Source of the DNA: Chitinophagales bacterium | GTDB lineage: Bacteria; Bacteroidota; Bacteroidia; Chitinophagales; Chitinophagaceae | Direction: 5' to 3' | Length of the DNA: 64,000 bases | Assembly: GCA_038205215.1 (NCBI GenBank) | Contig: JBBRCB010000009.1 | Location: 31,161-95,160, forward strand | Shown here: positions 41,065 to 49,653 of the stretch, piece by piece | Position numbering within the stretch: the first letter of the stretch is position 1 | Layout of the letters: every line of letters starts with the position of its first letter | Made by a program: the position numbers and the translations under genes | The notes under the pieces: model-generated | The model's database searches: none | Told to the model about the DNA's origin: nothing | The model's input: only the letters and a program-made list of their open reading frames with translations

Positions 41065-41538
41065 ATGAAATATATTTTAACGGTTACAGCTTTCGTTTTT
41101 CTGTGCCAATTAACTTACGCACAAAATATCAATGATAGCAATTCCGCTCTTCAAAGAAAATACCTGCCAGTAGAAATTAATAAATTATTTATTGGAATGA
41201 AAGTTACCCAATTGCATAAACTTCGACCCAACGCTGTTTTGCCAACAGAGGAATTTGACCATAATGTAATTGAAAAATTTAAAACCGGAAACGTAAAGGA
41301 AATTACCTATCAAATAAACTCTGACAACACGACCGTATATGAATTTATTGTGGAATATCGAAGTACGGCTAAAGCTATTGCTATTGCAAAACAAATGTAT
41401 AAAGCTACCAATTTTGCTTCTGATAATTTTCCGTTACGCTGGAAATTTGAATTGGCAGATGGTTTAAAATTAGTTTGTTACATTTTCAAAAATAAAATAT
41501 GTATAATTGATAACAGGGAATCAGGATTTTCGGAATAA
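41065..41538 (+). CDS. Exported hypothetical protein
   Basis: 157 aa. Signal peptide MKYILTVTAFVFLCQLTYAQ. Confidence 0.6.
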   Translation: MKYILTVTAFVFLCQLTYAQNINDSNSALQRKYLPVEINKLFIGMKVTQLHKLRPNAVLPTEEFDHNVIEKFKTGNVKEITYQINSDNTTVYEFIVEYRSTAKAIAIAKQMYKATNFASDNFPLRWKFELADGLKLVCYIFKNKICIIDNRESGFSE

Positions 41539-41588
41539 AGCGTACTAAAAAGTTGAACTATTTTTGAAGTAAATTAGAAAATTACTGC

Positions 41589-41909
41589 ATGAAAAAATTA
41601 CTGGTCATTTTTATGATTTGCTTTGCCAGCCTTGTAATTGCACAAAATACTACAGGAGTAAAAATTATTTCTGTAGATTCTTTAAAGAAATATCATATTG
41701 GCATTGCAAAAAAAGACAGTACTAAAATATATGTAGTAAGCAATAATGAAGTGCCCTGGAGTAAAATGACTGTTTTGCAAAAAGGGCAGCACATTGTCAA
41801 AACAGTACTCAATGAGTATCGGATAAAATACCCTGTTACTTTTTGGATATTAACATCGCTATTGGTTTTTTGGCTATTTAAGCAAATAAGCAGGCTGTTT
41901 AAAAAATAG
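41589..41909 (+). CDS. Small exported protein with C-terminal TM anchor and ISRLFKK tail
   Basis: 106 aa. Signal peptide plus C-terminal FWILTSLLVFWLFKQISRLFKK. Confidence 0.6.
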   Translation: MKKLLVIFMICFASLVIAQNTTGVKIISVDSLKKYHIGIAKKDSTKIYVVSNNEVPWSKMTVLQKGQHIVKTVLNEYRIKYPVTFWILTSLLVFWLFKQISRLFKK

Positions 41910-41936
41910 TTTTCAAAATATTTTAACTTCTGATTT

Positions 41937-42968
41937 ATGCGGTATCTGATTTTATTTTTCTCTTATTTTTTGTTGCCCTTTTTTACTCTGGGGAATATCG
42001 CAATGCCTGGAATTTGGCAAACTGGTTTTGGTGGCCGCTTTCTACCTTTAATTGCAGCCGATAGCAGTAACTACGGAAAAATTCAAATGCAATCCGAGCT
42101 GGTGTTAATAGACTTGTACAACGGCTTTAGTGTGGTAAAGGGTACGTACTACATGTACAATGCACAAGCCACTGAAGTGGAAATGTACACTGGCTATCCG
42201 CAACATGGCGAATACAACCAGGATATTGTAAAAAATATAATTATTGGTGATGCCCCTTTTAATATGAAGGTGTTGGTTAATGGTTTTGAAGTAACCAGTG
42301 CTGTGTATAACGACAGTTCAATTGCTGCCAATAATTTAAGCACTACAACTGCACCTGTAATACATGCTAATAGAGATTACCAAACTTGGCATTTATGGAA
42401 AATGAAATTTGCAGCTAAAAAAATAACTACCATTACTGTTTATTTTTTAACCAATAACAGTAAAGCTAAATTAACGAGGGGCTACAGTAAGTCAAAAGGA
42501 CATGCATTTGGTTACGTATTAGAGAGCGGTAAAGCATGGGCGGGTAATATTGACACAGGTAATATTTTTATAAGACTTATGGACGGCATTACACTAAAAA
42601 AAATTGCTGGTATTTTGCCCGATTCTACCATAAAAGAAAGCAATGGCAAACTAGCGTACTGTTTTGTAAACAAAGACCCCTCACCAACTGATAATTTACT
42701 GATTTGGTATAATAAAGATTTGGATAGTATTGCGTTTACCCAAAACGTGTTGCCCAAAACCAATGTTTATTTTGCAGCCATTAATAATTTTCCTGTAAAT
42801 GATTTTGCAAATAGTAGAACCTGGCAAACGATTAGTTTAACCGATTTTAAACCACAAGATAGTGACCTTGGTAAATTAGTTATCGGTATATTAATTGGAA
42901 GTATATTAATTGCAGTCCTGGTAATTTGGCTGCTGATAAAATTAATAAGCAGGCTTCGCCGCAAATAA
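41937..42968 (+). CDS. Exported protein with C-terminal TM anchor and ISRLRRK tail (DUF4424-like by pattern only)
   Basis: 343 aa. N-terminal hydrophobic segment. C-terminal LVIGILIGSILIAVLVIWLLIKLISRLRRK. Confidence 0.65.
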   Translation: MRYLILFFSYFLLPFFTLGNIAMPGIWQTGFGGRFLPLIAADSSNYGKIQMQSELVLIDLYNGFSVVKGTYYMYNAQATEVEMYTGYPQHGEYNQDIVKNIIIGDAPFNMKVLVNGFEVTSAVYNDSSIAANNLSTTTAPVIHANRDYQTWHLWKMKFAAKKITTITVYFLTNNSKAKLTRGYSKSKGHAFGYVLESGKAWAGNIDTGNIFIRLMDGITLKKIAGILPDSTIKESNGKLAYCFVNKDPSPTDNLLIWYNKDLDSIAFTQNVLPKTNVYFAAINNFPVNDFANSRTWQTISLTDFKPQDSDLGKLVIGILIGSILIAVLVIWLLIKLISRLRRK

Positions 42969-43000
42969 TTACAAAATATTGCAACGCTTCATTTTTATAA

Positions 43001-45916
43001 CTATATCAGCGCCTCCCACAAAATTTCCGCCGGGTGTTTTGCTTTTGCGGCGGTACCATCTTTTATTTGATGGCGGCAACTTGTGCCAGGCGCTGCAATA
43101 ATTGTTTCGGCAGCTGCATTACGCACTGCAGGAAATAAAACCAATTCACCTATCTGCATGCTTAGATCATAATGTTCTTTTTCATAACCGAAAGATCCGG
43201 CCATGCCGCAGCAACCGCTTGGTATAATTTCTACCGTATAATTTTTTGGGATTGATAAAATGGTAGCACTATCATTTAAAGCACTTAATGCTTTTTGCTG
43301 GCAATGCCCATGTAGTTTTATCTTTTTTGTTTCGGCAGAAAATAAACTGGCATCAATTTTACCGGAAGCAAATTCACGGGCAATAAATTCATCGACATAA
43401 AAAACATTTTTGCTTAAGGCTTTTGCTTTCGCCAAATTTTCATCTGTTGCTAAATCAATATACTCATCTCTAAAAGTTAAAATAGCAGATGGCTCAATAC
43501 CGATCATTGGAGTTTCAGCTGTTATAACCGGGTAAAGTAGTTGGATGTTTTTATTGATGATCTCTTTTGCCTTGCGCACTAAACCTTTACTCAACCAGGT
43601 TCTACTACTTTCTAAATGCGTAGGAATATTTACTTCGTAACCTAATTTTTCTAAAAGTTGAATGGCTTTAATACCAATTTCTGTATCGTTATAATTAGTA
43701 AACTCGTCGCAGAAGAAGTTGATAGTTGATAGTTGATTGTTGATAGTTGGGCGTTCTCTGTTCGCAAACCATTTTTGTAATGTTGTTTTATATATAGTAG
43801 GCATGCTGCGCTTGCGGGCAAATCCGGATAAACTTTTTATTGCGCCACCGATGAATTTATTAGATACTGCAAAGTTGTACAAATCCGGAACCATTGCACC
43901 AAGTTTAGCAGCTGCTGTAAAATTGGCGATCAGTTTACTTCGGAAAGGAACACCGTTAGCATCATAATAGTGTTGCAGGAATTCTGCTTTTAGCTTTGCT
44001 ACATCTACGTTGCTGGGGCATTCACTTTTGCAGCCTTTGCAACTTAGGCAAAGGTCCATCACTTCATAAATCTCCTTATGGTCAAAGCGGTTGAGCTTAT
44101 CACTATTGGTTAAAAATTCCCTGAGAATATTTGCCCTCGCCCGCGTGGTATCTTTTTCATTCTTTGTTGCCATGAATGACGGACACATCGTGCCACCACT
44201 TAATGCAGTCTTCCTGCAATCACCACTGCCATTGCATTGCTCTGCATGTTGTAATACATTCTGATTGTTAAAACGGAAGTGTGTTTTAAATTCCGGTGTT
44301 TGTTGCCCGGGAATATAACGCAACATGGTATTCATGCTGGGCGTATCCACAATTTTATTGGGATTAAAAATATTATTGGGGTCCCAGGCTTTTTTTATTT
44401 CTTTTAAGAGGGCATAATTTTTTTCTCCCACCATTTGTTTGATGAATTCTCCACGTAACCTGCCATCACCATGTTCGCCGCTTAATGAACCATTGTATTT
44501 TTTTACCAACGTAGCAATTTCTTCAGCAATCATTCTGAATAATTGATTGCCCTCTACCGTTTTTAAATTGATGATAGGCCGCAAATGTATTTCGCCACTT
44601 CCTGCATGCGCATAATGCACGCTGTATAAATTGTGTTTCTTCAGTATTTCATTAAAATCACGGATATAGGCAGGCAGGTCATTCACATCAACTGCGGTGT
44701 CTTCAATTACCGGTACTGCTTTTTCATCACCCGGTAAATTACTAAGCAAACCTAAACCTGCTTTACGCAATGTCCATATCTTTTTACTGTCTGCACCAAA
44801 TAATAGCGGGAAATGATAGCCTAAGCCTGCAGCACGCATATCCTCCTCTACCTGTTTTGCGATAGCAATGATTTCTTCTTTAGTTTCCCTGCAAAACTCT
44901 ATCACTAAAATTGCACCGGGATCACCCTGCACAAAAAAACGATTTTTACTTTGCTCGATATTACCCTTCGTACATTCTAAAATATAATGGTCAATTAATT
45001 CGCTCGCGCTGGGTTTATATTTCAAAGCAATAAGATTGGCCCTTAAGCTTTCATCAATGGAGTTAAAATGCACACACAGTAAACCCATTTCTTTTGCCGG
45101 TAATGGAATTACATTCAATTTTATTTCTGTGATGAATGCCAACGTTCCTTCGGAACCCGCGATGAGTTTACAAAAATTAAAATCTTCTCCGCCTGCAGTG
45201 AACGGCGCGGCGTCCAATAAAATATCAATTGCATAACCGGTGTTTCTTCTTTCTACCGTTTTTTTTGGAAATTCTTTTTTTATCTCTACCTGGTTGTCGT
45301 AGTTACTTAATAAACTTCTTACTGTTTTATAAATCGATGCTTCTAAATTATTGCCTTCACATTTATTATGAAATTCATCTAAGCTGAGTGTTTTAAATTC
45401 CACTTCGCTGCCATCACTCAAAAATGCTTTTACTTCCAGCAAATGTTCTCTGGTGCTTCTATACACAACAGAGTTACTGCCACAACTATTATTACCCACC
45501 ATTCCGCCGATCATGGCCCTGTTGGCAGTAGAAGTTTCTGGACCAAAAAATAAGCCATGGGGTTTTAAGAACATATTCAGTTCGTCACGTATCACTCCCG
45601 GCTGTACCCTTATCCATTTTTCCTGGGTGTTTAATTCCAGTACCGAAGTAAAATGCTTTGATACATCTACAACGATGCCATTGCCCACCACCTGGCCAGC
45701 CAGTGATGTGCCTGCAGTGCGTGGAATAAGAGATGTTTTATATTGGAGCGCAAATGCAATTAATTTTTTGAGGTCACTGTTGTTTTTTGGAACAGCGACT
45801 GCTAAAGGCATTTCGCGGTAAGCGCTGGCATCTGTTGCATATAAGGTACGCATGGTGATATCGAAAAATAATTCACCATCCAGTTGTTTGCCCAGTAGCT
45901 TTAATGCCTCGGTCAT
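43001..45916 (-). CDS. YdiJ-like FAD-binding oxidase fused to 4Fe-4S and CCG (GlcF-like) domains
   Basis: 971 aa. FAD_binding_4 N-terminus. Two CxxCxxCxxxC clusters (CNGSGDC..., CLSCKGCKSEC). C-terminal CCG motifs (SGCCGMAGSFG). Confidence 0.88.
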   Translation of the reverse strand: MTEALKLLGKQLDGELFFDITMRTLYATDASAYREMPLAVAVPKNNSDLKKLIAFALQYKTSLIPRTAGTSLAGQVVGNGIVVDVSKHFTSVLELNTQEKWIRVQPGVIRDELNMFLKPHGLFFGPETSTANRAMIGGMVGNNSCGSNSVVYRSTREHLLEVKAFLSDGSEVEFKTLSLDEFHNKCEGNNLEASIYKTVRSLLSNYDNQVEIKKEFPKKTVERRNTGYAIDILLDAAPFTAGGEDFNFCKLIAGSEGTLAFITEIKLNVIPLPAKEMGLLCVHFNSIDESLRANLIALKYKPSASELIDHYILECTKGNIEQSKNRFFVQGDPGAILVIEFCRETKEEIIAIAKQVEEDMRAAGLGYHFPLLFGADSKKIWTLRKAGLGLLSNLPGDEKAVPVIEDTAVDVNDLPAYIRDFNEILKKHNLYSVHYAHAGSGEIHLRPIINLKTVEGNQLFRMIAEEIATLVKKYNGSLSGEHGDGRLRGEFIKQMVGEKNYALLKEIKKAWDPNNIFNPNKIVDTPSMNTMLRYIPGQQTPEFKTHFRFNNQNVLQHAEQCNGSGDCRKTALSGGTMCPSFMATKNEKDTTRARANILREFLTNSDKLNRFDHKEIYEVMDLCLSCKGCKSECPSNVDVAKLKAEFLQHYYDANGVPFRSKLIANFTAAAKLGAMVPDLYNFAVSNKFIGGAIKSLSGFARKRSMPTIYKTTLQKWFANRERPTINNQLSTINFFCDEFTNYNDTEIGIKAIQLLEKLGYEVNIPTHLESSRTWLSKGLVRKAKEIINKNIQLLYPVITAETPMIGIEPSAILTFRDEYIDLATDENLAKAKALSKNVFYVDEFIAREFASGKIDASLFSAETKKIKLHGHCQQKALSALNDSATILSIPKNYTVEIIPSGCCGMAGSFGYEKEHYDLSMQIGELVLFPAVRNAAAETIIAAPGTSCRHQIKDGTAAKAKHPAEILWEALI
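43718..43750. repeat. 4.7 tandem copies of heptamer GTTGATA inside the oxidase CDS (encodes PTINNQLSTIN on the minus strand)
   Basis: Read directly: GTTGATA GTTGATA GTTGATT GTTGATA GTTGG. Confidence 0.75.
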
Positions 45917-46090
45917 TATAAAAAATTTTGGAGTTGCAAAGATAGTTTAAGAAGCAGTAAAAGACATTATGGTATGTAAAGAAAAATTACGCTTCAATAA
46001 AAGCTCAACGGTATTACTGAACCTGAACGGAGCGTCGCCATCGCAGCTCCACATAGCCCCAATGCCTGTTCCAAAAAACCTGGCTGTTTT

Positions 46091-46146
46091 CTTTGCGCCT
46101 TTGCGGGAAATTTATTTTATCGCACAAAGGCACGAAGCGCACAAAG
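46091..46146. repeat. Imperfect word-repeat hairpin CTTTGCGCCTTTGCG ... CGCACAAAGGCACGAAGCGCACAAAG in a divergent promoter region
   Basis: Read directly. Lies inside the spurious N-terminal extension of the track ORF 45969-46970. Confidence 0.5.
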
Positions 46147-46166
46147 ATTTAAAATATATTTGCAAT

Positions 46167-46970
46167 ATGACAACTGACTACGATAAATATTTTGAAGCCA
46201 ACAAAGAAGGCTGGAATAAAAGAACTGCAGTTCACAAGGGTTCTGCATTTTATGATTTGGATGCATTTAAAAAAGGAAAGTCTTCCTTAAACAAAATTGA
46301 ACTGGAAGAAGTAGGTGATGTAAAAGGCAGATCATTGCTGCACCTGCAATGCCATTTTGGTATGGATACTATGAGCTGGGCAAGAGAGGGGGCGATTGTT
46401 ACAGGCATTGACCTGAGTAATGAGGCCATCGATCTTGCAAAAAAAATAAACAACGAGTTGCAATTGAATGCCAGCTTTGTTTGTTGTAATGTATACGATA
46501 CTGCAGCTTATGTGAAAGAACAATTCGATATTATTTTTACTTCCTATGGTACCATTGGCTGGTTGCCCGACCTGAAGCCGTGGGCAGCAATGATCGTTGA
46601 TAAGTTAAAGCCAGGCGGCTTTTTTTATATCGCCGATTTTCATCCTACGCTTTGGATGCTGGATGATGCAATGGAGCAATTACACTACAGTTATTTTAAT
46701 GATGAAGTTATTGTTACCGAACAACAGGGTACTTATACCGACAGGGATGCCGATATAAAACAAACTGAATATGGATGGAACCATCCTTTTTCAGAAATAT
46801 TTGGTGCACTGGTAAATGCAGGCCTGCATATAGAATTTTTACATGAGTACTGTTATTCACCTTACAATTGTTTTGCCAATACCGAACAGGGTGAAGATGG
46901 TATGTGGCGCTTAAAAGGAAGAGGGAATAAATTTCCAATGATGTATTCTATAAAAGCAGGTAAAAAATAA
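46167..46970 (+). CDS. Class I SAM-dependent methyltransferase
   Basis: Start at MTTDYDKYFEANKEGWNKR. Motif I LLHLQCHFGMD. Motif post-I VTGIDLS. Confidence 0.85.
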   Translation: MTTDYDKYFEANKEGWNKRTAVHKGSAFYDLDAFKKGKSSLNKIELEEVGDVKGRSLLHLQCHFGMDTMSWAREGAIVTGIDLSNEAIDLAKKINNELQLNASFVCCNVYDTAAYVKEQFDIIFTSYGTIGWLPDLKPWAAMIVDKLKPGGFFYIADFHPTLWMLDDAMEQLHYSYFNDEVIVTEQQGTYTDRDADIKQTEYGWNHPFSEIFGALVNAGLHIEFLHEYCYSPYNCFANTEQGEDGMWRLKGRGNKFPMMYSIKAGKK

Positions 46971-46971
46971 A

Positions 46972-46987
46972 TACCTTCCTGTGGGTA
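46972..46987. promoter_or_regulatory. 7-2-7 inverted repeat TACCTTC-CT-GTGGGTA
   Basis: Begins 2 nt after the methyltransferase stop and ends 51 nt upstream of the secreted-protein ATG at 47038. Confidence 0.3.
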
Positions 46988-47037
46988 TTACAAGCTGAAA
47001 TTTAATGCTCCATATTTACAGCACTAAAATAATTATT

Positions 47038-47655
47038 ATGCAAAAACTGATAAAAGCTTCCATTGCAGCCGGGATGTTGTTTTTATGCGGTACATCCTTT
47101 TCCCAAACCGCAAAGCCGTTTGCCATTGCAGATTTTAAAACGGCTACCTGGGAAGTAAACAATGACGGCAGTGTATATTCTTTTATAGTGAGCAACCCTA
47201 TGGGAACTGTTACCTCAGATTTTGAATTTGACTGGAGTATGACCACCGGCACTGATATGAATGGCCATATTAAGATCACGCGGGACGCTATGAAAAGTGC
47301 CGCAGCACAAAATAATTATTTCGGTCCGCGTTTAAAAAATGCAACCCTTACTGATAAAACCACGATATGGATAAGCCAGCAGGTATTTACTGAGCTTACT
47401 AAAAAGGGCAATGCCATAATGGATGTAGGTAATGGCCCGGAAGTATTTACAGCAGTAATGGATAAGAATGGTGATGCAGAAAAAGAATCGTTTAAAGATA
47501 TTATACAGGTAAAAGGCAGCGAAAAAACAGTAACTACAATTCATGTAAAAAACCGGGAGGGCAGCAGGCAGTTATGGATATTGAATAATGCGCAAAATCC
47601 GCTGATCATAAAAATGGACCTCGGCTGGACGATCGTTTTAAAATCGGTGGAGTAA
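47038..47655 (+). CDS. Exported hypothetical protein
   Basis: Signal peptide MQKLIKASIAAGMLFLCGTSFSQ. No family recognised. Confidence 0.65.
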   Translation: MQKLIKASIAAGMLFLCGTSFSQTAKPFAIADFKTATWEVNNDGSVYSFIVSNPMGTVTSDFEFDWSMTTGTDMNGHIKITRDAMKSAAAQNNYFGPRLKNATLTDKTTIWISQQVFTELTKKGNAIMDVGNGPEVFTAVMDKNGDAEKESFKDIIQVKGSEKTVTTIHVKNREGSRQLWILNNAQNPLIIKMDLGWTIVLKSVE

Positions 47656-47665
47656 CAAAGTAAAT

Positions 47666-47688
47666 AAAGTATATAGGGTATATAAAGT
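47666..47688. repeat. 23-mer AAAGTATATAGGGTATATAAAGT (copy 1)
   Basis: Exact reverse-complement copy at 53768-53790. Flanked by 12-nt inverted repeats AGTAAATAAAGT (47659-47670) and ACTTTATTTACT (47722-47733). Confidence 0.7.
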
Positions 47689-47801
47689 CTTTGGTAATGG
47701 GATGCCTTATTTATCTTATCAACTTTATTTACTTCTCCCCTTAATTAAATAAGAATTGATGAAAAGGGAGAAAAATATATCTTCGCATAAATTTGTAAGC
47801 G

Positions 47802-48521
47802 ATGGCTTTAAAGTACAAACGTATTTTGCTAAAACTCTCCGGTGAAGCATTAATGGGCAAAAGTAATGATGGTTATGAACCTTTGGATATAAGTATCATT
47901 GCACAGTACGCTAAAGATGTAAAAGAGATCATCGCTGCGGGCGCAGAAGTAGCGATAGTAATTGGTGGTGGTAATATTTACCGCGGTATGAATGAAGCAG
48001 AAACAGGTATTGAGAGAGCACACGGTGATTATATGGGAATGCTGGCCACTGTAATTAATGGCATGGCATTACAGGCGGGACTGGAAAAAGCCGGTGTGTA
48101 TACGCGTTTACAAAGCGCTATTAAAATGGAACAGATCGCTGAGCCTTATATAAGGCGCAGGGCAATCCGTCATTTGGAAAAAGGAAGGGTGGTGATCTTT
48201 GGGGCCGGTACAGGTAATCCTTATTTTACAACAGATACAGCAGGATCATTAAGGGCCATTGAAATTAAAGCTGATGTTATTTTAAAAGGCACAAGGGTAG
48301 ACGGTATCTATACTGCTGATCCTGAAAAAGATCCTGCCGCAACAAAATACGAAACCATTTCTTTTGCCGAGTGCATACAAAAAAACCTAAAGGTGATGGA
48401 CATGACAGCTTTCACCCTTTGTATGGAAAATAAATTACCCATCATTGTTTTTGATATGAACAAACAGGGGAATCTTTTAAAAGTAGTGAATGGCGAAAAG
48501 GTGGGCACTTTAGTTAATTAA
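47802..48521 (+). CDS. pyrH: UMP kinase
   Basis: 239 aa. [33 protein letters not shown]. Confidence 0.97.
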   Translation: MALKYKRILLKLSGEALMGKSNDGYEPLDISIIAQYAKDVKEIIAAGAEVAIVIGGGNIYRGMNEAETGIERAHGDYMGMLATVINGMALQAGLEKAGVYTRLQSAIKMEQIAEPYIRRRAIRHLEKGRVVIFGAGTGNPYFTTDTAGSLRAIEIKADVILKGTRVDGIYTADPEKDPAATKYETISFAECIQKNLKVMDMTAFTLCMENKLPIIVFDMNKQGNLLKVVNGEKVGTLVN

Positions 48522-48598
48522 CTTACTACCCACGCTATATAAAAAATCGTCCAGGTGTTCAGCCAGGGCGATTTTTTGTATAGCAGTTTCAATAGAGT

Positions 48599-49600
48599 TT
48601 ATAATGTGGCCAAATAGGAGCGTATAGCTGCGAGGCTCGATTTTACCGGATTGAGTGGCACTTTTTGAATATTTGCCGTAGTTACATTTACACCGGTGGT
48701 AATTGTTTCTTTTCCTAAAAAATAATCATTGCCCTGTTTAGAGATCGCCACTACGATTGCAACTTTTCCATTGGGCACTTTACCGCTGAGGAATCTTTTT
48801 TCCGGAACATCGCCATACATGCCTAATACTGAACGGTAATCTTTAAAAACTAAAAACACGGTGGTGTTTGCATTGGTATAATTAGAAGGAAGCGTTGCGC
48901 TTATTAAAGAACGGTTGATGCCGGTAGTATCATAAAAGTAATCGCAGTTGATCCAACGCAGGTGGCTGCAGGCTATTTCATAATACTGGTTGCCCACTGC
49001 AACAGTATCTGATGAATTGGTACCTGGAACCCAGTTAAATTGCGCAGGGTTAGATTCAACACCGTAAAACAATTTCATTAACTGGCTGGTAGGTGCATCT
49101 GAATACCGGATATAAAATTTTGCATTGGGCGCTAATTGTAATTGCTGGCCGTTCTTACTTAAACTTACAAAAACTTCACCGCCACTTACCAGCATACTTC
49201 CATTGGAACTGGTAGGTTTATTCAAAACCACCATGTCTCCCTTGGTCTTTATAAGACGGGCTTCTACATATATTTTCCCTGTAACAATTTGCCCGGCACT
49301 ACTAACAACAGATAATGGTGGAAAAGTAAGTTGCAAACCATTTGTAAGTAATAGGGTTACGGTACTGGTATTTAATTCAAAACTGTCTTTTACAGGTTCC
49401 GAGAATAGGCTGGTTGCCGATAAGCTGGTTTGTAAAGAAAATACAGCGGCTGTTGCGGGAAGCGAAGCAGCCCATGTTGTATCGGCGCCATTCAACTGGC
49501 CAGGGTCGGGCACAAAGACATCAACATTTTTTTGGCAGGCATTTAATAAAAATGCTGTGCTGATTAATAATAGGGTGGCTATTTTTTTGTTCATTGTCAT
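48599..49600 (-). CDS. Hypothetical lipoprotein (last gene of the ECF sigma operon)
   Basis: 333 aa. Lipobox LLNAC. Confidence 0.65.
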   Translation of the reverse strand: MTMNKKIATLLLISTAFLLNACQKNVDVFVPDPGQLNGADTTWAASLPATAAVFSLQTSLSATSLFSEPVKDSFELNTSTVTLLLTNGLQLTFPPLSVVSSAGQIVTGKIYVEARLIKTKGDMVVLNKPTSSNGSMLVSGGEVFVSLSKNGQQLQLAPNAKFYIRYSDAPTSQLMKLFYGVESNPAQFNWVPGTNSSDTVAVGNQYYEIACSHLRWINCDYFYDTTGINRSLISATLPSNYTNANTTVFLVFKDYRSVLGMYGDVPEKRFLSGKVPNGKVAIVVAISKQGNDYFLGKETITTGVNVTTANIQKVPLNPVKSSLAAIRSYLATL

Positions 49601-49653
49601 TTTAATATTGGTGATTTATTATAAGATGCTTTAAGCTTTTATTGCGCTGCCTG

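Noticed and set aside
45969-46166. 66-codon N-terminal extension of the methyltransferase ORF
   Set aside because: The extension runs through the CTTTGCG/CGCAAAG hairpin element in a divergent promoter region. The methyltransferase domain begins at the ATG at 46167.
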